The notes below the pieces were generated by a model. It was not told the origin of the DNA and ran no database searches. It saw only the letters and a list, made by a program, of their open reading frames with translations. This document shows, one piece after another, positions 15,001 to 30,000 of a stretch of DNA of 64,000 bases (positions are counted from its first letter, which is position 1; each line of letters begins with the position of its first letter). Position numbers and translations under genes: made by a program. Origin of the DNA: Yuukianura sp. NJ FZ-2021 (taxonomy: Eukaryota); contig CM102290.1 in assembly GCA_046563655.1 (NCBI GenBank), positions 6,138,001 to 6,202,000 of the forward strand, read 5' to 3'.

Positions 15001-18000
15001 TAAGCTAATAAAACCTTTGACACGTAAGAAATGTTTCTGTAACAAGCTAGCGTGAACGCTGTGTAGAAACACTGAGGAGTTAGTTCGAACACGGTACCGG
15101 GTTTCTACAATTTGGAACACTAGACAAATCTTTTCAAGTGTCGAGAACTTTACTCAGAATCAAATCAGTCCAGTCAGATTTGGAATTAGTACTAGAACGA
15201 AGCTAAAAGGGTAAAGAAACTGAAAAAGAAAGAAAAATTGCTACTAGATGTTTTCATAATTCTGAACTTACATATATTTGTTTACAACGTTAGAGCTGAA
15301 ACTACTAATAGTTCCCGCCCTACTTACCCATAATGTCTATTCACATAGTGAGCACAAGCAATTATGTTAGCCTATTTTTACCTAGCTTTAACACTACGAA
15401 GCTAAACCGTAAGTTTACAGACAAGTGACCGCCTTCCTGCATTCTTAATAAAAACAAAATAATAAATGTTCTAGAAAGCTACAAGTGCCTGTTCTGACAA
15501 GAGAAATAAACTTTAGGCCGTTGCTCAGGGTGCTCGTGCTTCAGCTTAAGCTAATAAAACCTTTGACACGTAAGAAATGTTTCTGTAACAAGCTAGCGTG
15601 AACGCTGTGTAGAAACACTGAGGAGTTAGTTCGAACACGGTACCGGGTTTCTACAATTTGGAACACTAGACCAATCTTTTCAAGTGTCGAGAACTTTACT
15701 CAGAATCAAATCAGTCCAGTCAGATTTGGAATTAGTACTAGAACGAAGCTAAAAGGGTAAAGAAACGAACTCTGTCAAGTCAAACTGAAAAAGAAAGACA
15801 AATTGCTACTAGATGTTTTCATAATTCTGAACTTATATATATTTGTTTACAACGTTAGAGCTGAAACTCCTAATAGTTCTCGCCCTACTTACCCATAATG
15901 TCTATTCACATAGTGAGCACAAGCAATTATGTTAGCCTATTTTTACCTAAGCTTTAACACTACGAAGCTAAACCGTAAGTTTACAGAAATGTGACCGCCT
16001 TCCTGCATTCTTAATAAAAACAAAATAATAAATGTTCTAAAAAGCTACAACTGCCTGTTCTGACAAGAGAAATAAACTTTAGGCCGTTGCTCAGGGTGCT
16101 CGTGCTTCAGCTTAAGCTAATAAAACCTTTGACACGTAAGAAATGTTTCTGTAACAAGCTAGCGTGAACGCTGTGTAGAAACACTGAGGAGTTAGTTCGA
16201 ACACGGTACCGGGTTTCTACAATTTGGAACACTAGACAAATCTTTTCAAGTGTCGAGAACTTTACTCAGAATCAAATCAGTCCAGTCAGATTTGGAATTA
16301 GTACTAGAACGAAGCTAAAAGAGTAAAGAAACGAACTCTGTCAAGTCAAACTGAAAAAGAAAGAAAAATTGCTACTAGATGTTTTCATAATTCTGAACTT
16401 ACATATATTTGTTTACAACGTTAGAGCTGAAACTACTAATAGTTCCCGCCCTACTTACCCATAATGTCTATTCACATAGTGAGCACAAGCAATTATGTTA
16501 GCCTATTTTTACCTAACTTTAACACTACGAAGCTAAACCGTAAGTTTACAACAAGTGACCGCCTTCCTGCATTCTTAATAAAAACAAAATAATAAATGTT
16601 CTAGAAAGCTACAACTGCCTGTTCTGACAAGAGAAATAAACGGCTTTAGGCCGTTGCTCAGGGTGCTCGTGCTTCAGCTTAAGCTAATAAAACCTTTGAC
16701 ACGTAAGAAATGTTTCTGTAACAAGCTAGCGTGAACGCTGTGTAGAAACACTGAGGAGTTAGTTCGAACACGGTACCGGGTTTCTACAATTTGGAACACT
16801 AGACAAATCTTTTCAAGTGTCGAGAACTTTACTCAGAATCAAATCAGTCCAGTCAGATTTGGAATTAGTACTAGAACGAAGCTAAAAGAGTAAAGAAACG
16901 AACTCTGTCAAGTCAAACTGAAAAAGAAAGAAAAATTGCTACTAGATGTTTTCATAATTCTGAACTTACATATATTTGTTTACAACGTTAGAGCTGAAAC
17001 TACTAATAGTTCCCGCCCTACTTACCCATAATGTCTATTCACATAGTGAGCACAAGCAATTATGTTAGCCTATTTTTACCTAGCTTTAACACTACGAAGC
17101 TAAACCGTAAGTTTACAGAAATGTGACCGCCTTCCTGCATTCTTAATAAAAACAAAATAATAAATGTTCTAGAAAGCTACAACTGCCTGTTCTGACAAGA
17201 GAAATAAACTTTAGGCCGTTGCTCAGGGTGCTCGTGCTTTAGCTTAAGCTAATAAAACTTTTGACACGTAAGAAATGTTTCTGTAACAAGCTAGCGTGAA
17301 CGCTGTGTAGAAACACTGAGGAGTTAGTTCGAACACGGTACCGGGTTTCTACAATTTGGAACACTAGACAAATCTTTTCAAGTGTCGAGAACTTTACTCA
17401 GAATCAAATCAGTCCAGTCAGATTTGGAATTAGTACTAGAACGAAGCTAAAAGTGTAAAGAAACGAACTCTGTCAAGTCAAACTGAAAAAGAAAGAAAAA
17501 TTGCTACTAGATGTTTTCATAATTCTGAACTTACATATATTTGTTTACAACGTTAGAGCTGAAACTACTAATAGTTCCCGCCCTACTTACCCATAATGTC
17601 TATTCACATAGTGAGCACAAGCAATTATGTTAGCCTATTTTTACCTAACTTTAACACTACGAAGCTAAACCGTAAGTTTACAACAAGTGACCGCCTTCCT
17701 GCATTCTTAATAAAAACAAAATAATAAATGTTCTAGAAAGCTACAACTGCCTGTTCTGACAAGAGAAATAAACTTTAGGCCGTTGCTCAGGGTGCTCGTG
17801 CTTTAGCTTAAGCTAATAAAACCTTTGACACGTAAGAAATGTTTCTGTAACAAGCTAGCGTGAACGCTGTGTAGAAACACTGAGGAGTTAGTTCGAACAC
17901 GGTACCGGGTTTCTACAATTTGGAACACTAGACCAATCTTTTCAAGTGTCGAGAACTTTACTCAGAATCAAATCAGTCCAGTCAGATTTGGAATTAGTAC

Positions 18001-21000
18001 TAGAACGAAGCTAAAAGTGTAAAGAAACGAACTCTGTCAAGTCAAACTGAAAAAGAAAGAAAAATTGCTACTAGATGTTTTCATAATTCTGAACTTACAT
18101 ATATTTGTTTACAACGTTAGAGCTGAAACTACTAATAGTTCCCGCCCTACTTACCCATAATGTCTATTCACATAGTGAGCACAAGCAATTATGTTAGCCT
18201 ATTTTTACCTAGCTTTAACACTACGAAGCTAAACCGTAAGTTTACAGAAATGTGACCGCCTTCCTGCATTCTTAATAAAAACAAAATAATAAATGTTCTA
18301 GAAAGCTACAACTGCCTGTTCTGACAAGAGAAATAAACTTTAGGCCGTTGCTCAGGGTGCTCGTGCTTCAGCTTAAGCTAATAAAACTTTTGACACGTAA
18401 GAAATGTTTCTGTAACAAGCTAGCGTGAACGCTGTGTAGAAACACTGAGGAGTTAGTTCGAACACGGTACCGGGTTTCTACAATTTGGAACACTAGACCA
18501 ATCTTTTCAAGTGTCGAGAACTTTACTCAGAATCAAATCAGTCCAGTCAGATTTGGAATTAGTACTAGAACGAAGCTAAAAGAGTAAAGAAACGAACTCT
18601 GTCAAGTCAAACTGAAAAAGAAAGAAAAATTGCTACTAGATGTTTTCATAATTCTGAACTTACATATATTTGTTTACAACGTTAGAGCTGAAACTACTAA
18701 TAGTTCCCGCCCTACTTACCCATAATGTCTATTCACATAGTGAGCACAAGCAATTATGTTAGCCTATTTTTACCTAACTTTAACACTACGAAGCTAAACC
18801 GTAAGTTTACAGCAAGTGACCGCCTTCCTGCATTCTTAATAAAAACAAAATAATAAATGTTCTAGAAAGCTACAAGTGCCTGTTCTGACCAGAGAAACGG
18901 CTTTAGGCCGTTGCTCAGGGTGCTCGTGCTTCAGCTTAAGCTAATAAAACCTTTGACACGTAAGAAATGTTTCTGTAACAAGCTAGCGTGAACGCTGTGT
19001 AGAAACACTGAGGAGTTAGTTCGAACACGGTACCGGGTTTCTACAATTTGGAACACTAGACCAATCTTTTCAAGTGTCGAGAACTTTACTCAGAATCAAA
19101 TCAGTCCAGTCAGATTTGGAATTAGTACTAGAACGAAGCTAAAAGTGTAAAGAAACGAACTCTGTCAAGTCAAACTGAAAAAGAAAGAAAAATTGCTACT
19201 AGATGTTTTCATAATTCTGAACTTACATATATTTGTTTACAACGTTAGAGCTGAAACTACTAATAGTTCCCGCCCTACTTACCCATAATGTCTATTCACA
19301 TAGTGAGCACAAGCAATTATGTTAGCCTATTTTTACCTAACTTTAACACTACGAAGCTAAACCGTAAGTTTACAACAAGTGACCGCCTTCCTGCATTCTT
19401 AATAAAAACAAAATAATAAATGTTCTAGAAAGCTACAAGTGCCTGTTCTGACAAGAGAAATAAACTTTAGGCCGTTGCTCAGGGTGCTCGTGCTTCAGCT
19501 TAAGCTAATAAAACTTTTGACACGTAAGAAATGTTTCTGTAACAAGCTAGCGTGAACGCTGTGTAGAAACACTGAGGAGTTAGTTCGAACACGGTACCGG
19601 GTTTCTACAATTTGGAACACTAGACCAATCTTTTCAAGTGTCGAGAACTTTACTCAGAATCAAATCAGTCCAGTCAGATTTGGAATTAGTACTAGAACGA
19701 AGCTAAAAGTGTAAAGAAACGAACTCTGTCAAGTCAAACTGAAAAAGAAAGACAAATTGCTACTAGATGTTTTCATAATTCTGAACTTATATATATTTGT
19801 TTACAACGTTAGAGCTGAAACTCCTAATAGTTCTCGCCCTACTTACCCATAATGTCTATTCACATAGTGAGCACAAGCAATTATGTTAGCCTATTTTTAC
19901 CTAGCTTTAACACTACGAAGCTAAACCGTAAGTTTACAGAAATGTGACCGCCTTCCTGCATTCTTAATAAAAACAAAATAATAAATGTTCTAGAAAGCTA
20001 CAAGTGCCTGTTCTGACAAGAGAAATAAACTTTAGGCCGTTGCTCAGGGTGCTCGTGCTTCAGCTTAAGCTAATAAAACTTTTGACACGTAAGAAATGTT
20101 TCTGTAACAAGCTAGCGTGAACGCTGTGTAGAAACACTGAGGAGTTAGTTCGAACACGGTACCGGGTTTCTACAATTTGGAACACTAGACAAATCTTTTC
20201 AAGTGTCGAGAACTTTACTCAGAATCAAATCAGTCCAGTCAGATTTGGAATTAGTACTAGAACGAAGCTAAAAGTGTAAAGAAACGAACTCTGTCAAGTC
20301 AAACTGAAAAAGAAAGAAAAATTGCTACTAGATGTTTTCATAATTCTGAACTTACATATATTTGTTTACAACGTTAGAGCTGAAACTACTAATAGTTCCC
20401 GCCCTACTTACCCATAATGTCTATTCACATAGTGAGCACAAGCAATTATGTTAGCCTATTTTTACCTAGCTTTAACACTACGAAGCTAAACCGTAAGTTT
20501 ACAGAAATGTGACCGCCTTCCTGCATTCTTAATAAAAACAAAATAATAAATGTTCTAGAAAGCTACAAGTGCCTGTTCTGACAAGAGAAACGGCTTTAGG
20601 CCGTTGCTCAGGGTGCTCGTGCTTCAGCTTAAGCTAATAAAACTTTTGACACGTAAGAAATGTTTCTGTAACAAGCTAGCGTGAACGCTGTGTAGAAACA
20701 CTGAGGAGTTAGTTCGAACACGGTACCGGGTTTCTACAATTTGGAACACTAGACAAATCTTTTCAAGTGTCGAGAACTTTACTCAGAATCAAATCAGTCC
20801 AGTCAGATTTGGAATTAGTACTAGAACGAAGCTAAAAGTGTAAAGAAACGAACTCTGTCAAGTCAAACTGAAAAAGAAAGAAAAATTGCTACTAGATGTT
20901 TTCATAATTCTGAACTTACATATATTTGTTTACAACGTTAGAGCTGAAACTCCTAATAGTTCTCGCCCTACTTACCCATAATGTCTATTCACATAGTGAG

Positions 21001-24000
21001 CACAAGCAATTATGTTAGCCTATTTTTACCTAGCTTTAACACTACGAAGCTAAACCGTAAGTTTACAGAAATGTGACCGCCTTCCTGCACTCTTAATAAA
21101 AACAAAATAAGAAATGTTCTAAAAAGCTACAAGTGCCTGTTCTGACAAGAGAAACGGCTTTAGGCCGTTGCTCAGGGTGCTCGTGCTTCAGCTTAAGCTA
21201 ATAAAACTTTTGACACGTAAGAAATGTTTCTGTAACAAGCTAGCGTGAACGCTGTGTAGAAACACTGAGGAGTTAGTTCGAACACGGTACCGGGTTTCTA
21301 CAATTTGGAACACTAGACAAATCTTTTCAAGTGTCGAGAACTTTACTCAGAATCAAATCAGTCCAGTCAGATTTGGAATTAGTACTAGAACGAAGCTAAA
21401 AGTGTAAAGAAACGAACTCTGTCAAGTCAAACTGAAAAAGAAAGAAAAATTGCTACTAGATGTTTTCATAATTCTGAACTTACATATATTTGTTTACAAC
21501 GTTAGAGCTGAAACTACTAATAGTTCCCGCCCTACTTACCCATAATGTCTATTCACATAGTGAGCACAAGCAATTATGTTAGCCTATTTTTACCTAGCTT
21601 TAACACTACGAAGCTAAACCGTAAGTTTACAGAAATGTGACCGCCTTCCTGCATTCTTAATAAAAACAAAATAATAAATGTTCTAGAAAGCTACAAGTGC
21701 CTGTTCTGACAAGAGAAACGGCTTTAGGCCGTTGCTCAGGGTGCTCGTGCTTCAGCTTAAGCTAATAAAACTTTTGACACGTAAGAAATGTTTCTGTAAC
21801 AAGCTAGCGTGAACGCTGTGTAGAAACACTGAGGAGTTAGTTCGAACACGGTACCGGGTTTCTACAATTTGGAACACTAGACAAATCTTTTCAAGTGTCG
21901 AGAACTTTACTCAGAATCAAATCAGTCCAGTCAGATTTGGAATTAGTACTAGAACGAAGCTAAAAGAGTAAAGAAACGAACTCTGTCAAGTCAAACTGAA
22001 AAAGAAAGAAAAATTGCTACTAGATGTTTTCATAATTCTGAACTTATATATATTTGTTTACAACGTTAGAGCTGAAACTCCTAATAGTTCTCGCCCTACT
22101 TACCCATAATGTCTATTCACATAGTGAGCACAAGCAATTATGTTAGCCTATTTTTACCTAGCTTTAACACTACGAAGCTAAACCGTAAGTTTACAGAAAT
22201 GTGACCGCCTTCCTGCACTCTTAATAAAAACAAAATAAGAAATGTTCTAAAAAGCTACAAGTGCCTGTTCTGACAAGAGAAACGGCTTTAGGCCGTTGCT
22301 CAGGGTGCTCGTGCTTCAGCTTAAGCTAATAAAACTTTTGACACGTAAGAAATGTTTCTGTAACAAGCTAGCGTGAACGCTGTGTAGAAACACTGAGGAG
22401 TTAGTTCGAACACGGTACCGGGTTTCTACAATTTGGAACACTAGACCAATCTTTTCAAGTGTCGAGAACTTTACTCAGAATCAAATCAGTCCAGTCAGAT
22501 TTGGAATTAGTACTAGAACGAAGCTAAAAGTGTAAAGAAACGAACTCTGTCAAGTCAAACTGAAAAAGAAAGAAAAATTGCTACTAGATGTTTTCATAAT
22601 TCTGAACTTATATATATTTGTTTACAACGTTAGAGCTGAAACTACTAATAGTTCTCGCCCTACTTACCCATAATGTCTATTCACATAGTGAGCACAAGCA
22701 ATTATGTTAGCCTATTTTTACCTAGCTTTAACACTACGAAGCTAAACCGTAAGTTTACAGAAATGTGACCGCCTTCCCTGCATTCTTAATAAAAACAAAA
22801 TAATAAATGTTCTAGAAAGCTACAAGTGCCTGTTCTGACAAGAGAAACGGCTTTAGGCCGTTGCTCAGGGTGCTCGTGCTTCAGCTTAAGCTAATAAAAC
22901 TTTTGACACGTAAGAAATGTTTCTGTAACAAGCTAGCGTGAACGCTGTGTAGAAACACTGAGGAGTTAGTTCGAACACGGTACCGGGTTTCTACAATTTG
23001 GAACACTAGACAAATCTTTTCAAGTGTCGAGAACTTTACTCAGAATCAAATCAGTCCAGTCAGATTTGGAATTAGTACTAGAACGAAGCTAAAAGTGTAA
23101 AGAAACGAACTCTGTCAAGTCAAACTGAAAAAGAAAGAAAAATTGCTACTAGATGTTTTCATAATTCTGAACTTACATATATTTGTTTACAACGTTAGAG
23201 CTGAAACTACTAATAGTTCCCGCCCTACTTACCCATAATGTCTATTCACATAGTGAGCACAAGCAATTATGTTAGCCTATTTTTACCTAACTTTAACACT
23301 ACGAAGCTAAACCGTAAGTTTACAGAAATGTGACCGCCTTCCTGCATTCTTAATAAAAACAAAATAATAAATGTTCTAGAAAGCTACAAGTGCCTGTTCT
23401 GACAAGAGAAACGGCTTTAGGCCGTTGCTCAGGGTGCTCGTGCTTCAGCTTAAGCTAATAAAACTTTTGACACGTAAGAAATGTTTCTGTAACAAGCTAG
23501 CGTGAACGCTGTGTAGAAACACTGAGGAGTTAGTTCGAACACGGTACCGGGTTTCTACAATTTGGAACACTAGACAAATCTTTTCAAGTGTCGAGAACTT
23601 TACTCAGAATCAAATCAGTCCAGTCAGATTTGGAATTAGTACTAGAACGAAGCTAAAAGGGTAAAGAAACAAACTCTGTCAAGTCAAACTGAAAAAGAAA
23701 GAAAAATTGCTACTAGATGTTTTCATAATTCTGAACTTATATATATTTGTTTACAACGTTAGAGCTGAAACTACTAATAGTTCTCGCCCTACTTACCCAT
23801 AATGTCTATTCACATAGTGAGCACAAGCAATTATGTTAGCCTATTTTTACCTAACTTTAACACTACGAAGCTAAACCGTAAGTTTACAGAAATGTGACCG
23901 CCTTCCTGCACTCTTAATAAAAACAAAATAAGAAATGTTCTAAAAAGCTACAAGTGCCTGTTCTGACAAGAGAAACGGCTTTAGGCCGTTGCTCAGGGTG

Positions 24001-27000
24001 CTCGTGCTTCAGCTTAATCTAATAAAACTTTTGACACGTAAGAAATGTTTCTGTAACAAGCTAGCGTGAACGCTGTGTAGAAACACTGAGGAGTTAGTTC
24101 GAACACGGTACCGGGTTTCTACAATTTGGAACACTAGACAAATCTTTTCAAGTGTCGAGAACTTTACTCAGAATCAAATCAGTCCAGTCAGATTTGGAAT
24201 TAGTACTAGAACGAAGCTAAAAGTGTAAAGAAACGAACTCTGTCAAGTCAAACTGAAAAAGAAAGAAAAATTGCTACTAGATGTTTTCATAATTCTGAAC
24301 TTACATATATTTGTTTACAACGTTAGAGCTGAAACTACTAATAGTTCCCGCCCTACTTACCCATAATGTCTATTCACATAGTGAGCACAAGCAATTATGT
24401 TAGCCTATTTTTACCTAACTTTAACACTACGAAGCTAAACCGTAAGTTTACAACAAGTGACCGCCTTCCTGCATTCTTAATAAAAACAAAATAATAAATG
24501 TTCTAAAAAGCTACAACTGCCTGTTCTGACAAGAGAAATAAACTTTAGGCCGTTGCTCAGGGTGCTCGTGCTTCAGCTTAAGCTAATAAAACCTTTGACA
24601 CGTAAGAAATGTTTCTGTAACAAGCTAGCGTGAACGCTGTGTAGAAACACTGAGGAGTTAGTTCGAACACGGTACCGGGTTTCTACAATTTGGAACACTA
24701 GACAAATCTTTTCAAGTGTCGAGAACTTTACTCAGAATCAAATCAGTCCAGTCAGATTTGGAATTAGTACTAGAACGAAGCTAAAAGTGTAAAGAAACGA
24801 ACTCTGTCAAGTCAAACTGAAAAAGAAAGAAAAATTGCTACTAGATGTTTTCATAATTCTGAACTTACATATATTTGTTTACAACGTTAGAGCTGAAACT
24901 ACTAATAGTTCCCGCCCTACTTACCCATAATGTCTATTCACATAGTGAGCACAAGCAATTATGTTAGCCTATTTTTACCTAACTTTAACACTACGAAGCT
25001 AAACCGTAAGTTTACAACAAGTGACCGCCTTCCTGCATTCTTAATAAAAACAAAATAATAAATGTTCTAGAAAGCTACAAGTGCCTGTTCTGACAAGAGA
25101 AACGGCTTTAGGCCGTTGCTCAGGGTGCTCGTGCTTCAGCTTAAGCTAATAAAACCTTTTGACACGTAAGAAATGTTTCTGTAACAAGCTAGCGTGAACG
25201 CTGTGTAGAAACACTGAGGAGTTAGTTCGAACACGGTACCGGGTTTCTACAATTTGGAACACTAGACAAATCTTTTCAAGTGTCGAGAACTTTACTCAGA
25301 ATCAAATCAGTCCAGTCAGATTTGGAATTAGTACTAGAACGAAGCTAAAAGTGTAAAGAAACGAACTCTGTCAAGTCAAACTGAAAAAGAAAGAAAAATT
25401 GCTACTAGATGTTTTCATAATTCTGAACTTACATATATTTGTTTACAACGTTAGAGCTGAAACTACTAATAGTTCCCGCCCTACTTACCCATAATGTCTA
25501 TTCACATAGTGAGCACAAGCAATTATGTTAGCCTATTTTTACCTAACTTTAACACTACGAAGCTAAACCGTAAGTTTACAACAAGTGACCGCCTTCCTGC
25601 ATTCTTAATAAAAACAAAATAATAAATGTTCTAAAAAGCTACAACTGCCTGTTCTGACAAGAGAAATAAACTTTAGGCCGTTGCTCAGGGTGCTCGTGCT
25701 TCAGCTTAAGCTAATAAAACCTTTGACACGTAAGAAATGTTTCTGTAACAAGCTAGCGTGAACGCTGTGTAGAAACACTGAGGAGTTAGTTCGAACACGG
25801 TACCGGGTTTCTACAATTTGGAACACTAGACAAATCTTTTCAAGTGTCGAGAACTTTACTCAGAATCAAATCAGTCCAGTCAGATTTGGAATTAGTACTA
25901 GAACGAAGCTAAAAGTGTAAAGAAACGAACTCTGTCAAGTCAAACTGAAAAAGAAAGAAAAATTGCTACTAGATGTTTTCATAATTCTGAACTTACATAT
26001 ATTTGTTTACAACGTTAGAGCTGAAACTACTAATAGTTCCCGCCCTACTTACCCATAATGTCTATTCACATAGTGAGCACAAGCAATTATGTTAGCCTAT
26101 TTTTACCTAACTTTAACACTACGAAGCTAAACCGTAAGTTTACAACAAGTGACCGCCTTCCTGCATTCTTAATAAAAACAAAATAATAAATGTTCTAGAA
26201 AGCTACAACTGCCTGTTCTGACAAGAGAAATAAACTTTAGGCCGTTGCTCAGGGTGCTCGTGCTTCAGCTTAAGCTAATAAAACCTTTGACACGTAAGAA
26301 ATGTTTCTGTAACAAGCTAGCGTGAACGCTGTGTAGAAACACTGAGGAGTTAGTTCGAACACGGTACCGGGTTTCTACAATTTGGAACACTAGACAAATC
26401 TTTTCAAGTGTCGAGAACTTTACTCAGAATCAAATCAGTCCAGTCAGATTTGGAATTAGTACTAGAACGAAGCTAAAAGTGTAAAGAAACGAACTCTGTC
26501 AAGTCAAACTGAAAAAGAAAGAAAAATTGCTACTAGATGTTTTCATAATTCTGAACTTACATATATTTGTTTACAACGTTAGAGCTGAAACTACTAATAG
26601 TTCCCGCCCTACTTACCCATAATGTCTATTCACATAGTGAGCACAAGCAATTATGTTAGCCTATTTTTACCTAACTTTAACACTACGAAGCTAAACCGTA
26701 AGTTTACAACAAGTGACCGCCTTCCTGCATTCTTAATAAAAACAAAATAATAAATGTTCTAGAAAGCTACAAGTGCCTGTTCTGACAAGAGAAACGGCTT
26801 TAGGCCGTTGCTCAGGGTGCTCGTGCTTCAGCTTAAGCTAATAAAACCTTTGACACGTAAGAAATGTTTCTGTAACAAGCTAGCGTGAACGCTGTGTAGA
26901 AACACTGAGGAGTTAGTTCGAACACGGTACCGGGTTTCTACAATTTGGAACACTAGACAAATCTTTTCAAGTGTCGAGAACTTTACTCAGAATCAAATCA

Positions 27001-30000
27001 GTCCAGTCAGATTTGGAATTAGTACTAGAACGAAGCTAAAAGTGTAAAGAAACGAACTCTGTCAAGTCAAACTGAAAAAGAAAGAAAAATTGCTACTAGA
27101 TGTTTTCATAATTCTGAACTTACATATATTTGTTTACAACGTTAGAGCTGAAACTACTAATAGTTCCCGCCCTACTTACCCATAATGTCTATTCACATAG
27201 TGAGCACAAGCAATTATGTTAGCCTATTTTTACCTAACTTTAACACTACGAAGCTAAACCGTAAGTTTACAACAAGTGACCGCCTTCCTGCATTCTTAAT
27301 AAAAACAAAATAATAAATGTTCTAGAAAGCTACAACTGCCTGTTCTGACAAGAGAAATAAACTTTAGGCCGTTGCTCAGGGTGCTCGTGCTTCAGCTTAA
27401 GCTAATAAAACCTTTGACACGTAAGAAATGTTTCTGTAACAAGCTAGCGTGAACGCTGTGTAGAAACACTGAGGAGTTAGTTCGAACACGGTACCGGGTT
27501 TCTACAATTTGGAACACTAGACAAATCTTTTCAAGTGTCGAGAACTTTACTCAGAATCAAATCAGTCCAGTCAGATTTGGAATTAGTACTAGAACGAAGC
27601 TAAAAGTGTAAAGAAACGAACTCTGTCAAGTCAAACTGAAAAAGAAAGAAAAATTGCTACTAGATGTTTTCATAATTCTGAACTTACATATATTTGTTTA
27701 CAACGTTAGAGCTGAAACTACTAATAGTTCCCGCCCTACTTACCCATAATGTCTATTCACATAGTGAGCACAAGCAATTATGTTAGCCTATTTTTACCTA
27801 ACTTTAACACTACGAAGCTAAACCGTAAGTTTACAACAAGTGACCGCCTTCCTGCATTCTTAATAAAAACAAAATAATAAATGTTCTAAAAAGCTACAAC
27901 TGCCTGTTCTGACAAGAGAAATAAACTTTAGGCCGTTGCTCAGGGTGCTCGTGCTTCAGCTTAAGCTAATAAAACCTTTGACACGTAAGAAATGTTTCTG
28001 TAACAAGCTAGCGTGAACGCTGTGTAGAAACACTGAGGAGTTAGTTCGAACACGGTACCGGGTTTCTACAATTTGGAACACTAGACAAATCTTTTCAAGT
28101 GTCGAGAACTTTACTCAGAATCAAATCAGTCCAGTCAGATTTGGAATTAGTACTAGAACGAAGCTAAAAGTGTAAAGAAACGAACTCTGTCAAGTCAAAC
28201 TGAAAAAGAAAGAAAAATTGCTACTAGATGTTTTCATAATTCTGAACTTACATATATTTGTTTACAACGTTAGAGCTGAAACTACTAATAGTTCCCGCCC
28301 TACTTACCCATAATGTCTATTCACATAGTGAGCACAAGCAATTATGTTAGCCTATTTTTACCTAACTTTAACACTACGAAGCTAAACCGTAAGTTTACAA
28401 CAAGTGACCGCCTTCCTGCATTCTTAATAAAAACAAAATAATAAATGTTCTAGAAAGCTACAAGTGCCTGTTCTGACAAGAGAAACGGCTTTAGGCCGTT
28501 GCTCAGGGTGCTCGTGCTTCAGCTTAAGCTAATAAAACCTTTGACACGTAAGAAATGTTTCTGTAACAAGCTAGCGTGAACGCTGTGTAGAAACACTGAG
28601 GAGTTAGTTCGAACACGGTACCGGGTTTCTACAATTTGGAACACTAGACAAATCTTTTCAAGTGTCGAGAACTTTACTCAGAATCAAATCAGTCCAGTCA
28701 GATTTGGAATTAGTACTAGAACGAAGCTAAAAGTGTAAAGAAACGAACTCTGTCAAGTCAAACTGAAAAAGAAAGAAAAATTGCTACTAGATGTTTTCAT
28801 AATTCTGAACTTACATATATTTGTTTACAACGTTAGAGCTGAAACTACTAATAGTTCCCGCCCTACTTACCCATAATGTCTATTCACATAGTGAGCACAA
28901 GCAATTATGTTAGCCTATTTTTACCTAACTTTAACACTACGAAGCTAAACCGTAAGTTTACAACAAGTGACCGCCTTCCTGCATTCTTAATAAAAACAAA
29001 ATAATAAATGTTCTAGAAAGCTACAACTGCCTGTTCTGACAAGAGAAATAAACTTTAGGCCGTTGCTCAGGGTGCTCGTGCTTCAGCTTAAGCTAATAAA
29101 ACCTTTGACACGTAAGAAATGTTTCTGTAACAAGCTAGCGTGAACGCTGTGTAGAAACACTGAGGAGTTAGTTCGAACACGGTACCGGGTTTCTACAATT
29201 TGGAACACTAGACAAATCTTTTCAAGTGTCGAGAACTTTACTCAGAATCAAATCAGTCCAGTCAGATTTGGAATTAGTACTAGAACGAAGCTAAAAGTGT
29301 AAAGAAACGAACTCTGTCAAGTCAAACTGAAAAAGAAAGAAAAATTGCTACTAGATGTTTTCATAATTCTGAACTTACATATATTTGTTTACAACGTTAG
29401 AGCTGAAACTACTAATAGTTCCCGCCCTACTTACCCATAATGTCTATTCACATAGTGAGCACAAGCAATTATGTTAGCCTATTTTTACCTAACTTTAACA
29501 CTACGAAGCTAAACCGTAAGTTTACAACAAGTGACCGCCTTCCTGCATTCTTAATAAAAACAAAATAATAAATGTTCTAGAAAGCTACAAGTGCCTGTTC
29601 TGACAAGAGAAACGGCTTTAGGCCGTTGCTCAGGGTGCTCGTGCTTCAGCTTAAGCTAATAAAACCTTTTGACACGTAAGAAATGTTTCTGTAACAAGCT
29701 AGCGTGAACGCTGTGTAGAAACACTGAGGAGTTAGTTCGAACACGGTACCGGGTTTCTACAATTTGGAACACTAGACAAATCTTTTCAAGTGTCGAGAAC
29801 TTTACTCAGAATCAAATCAGTCCAGTCAGATTTGGAATTAGTACTAGAACGAAGCTAAAAGTGTAAAGAAACGAACTCTGTCAAGTCAAACTGAAAAAGA
29901 AAGAAAAATTGCTACTAGATGTTTTCATAATTCTGAACTTACATATATTTGTTTACAACGTTAGAGCTGAAACTACTAATAGTTCCCGCCCTACTTACCC

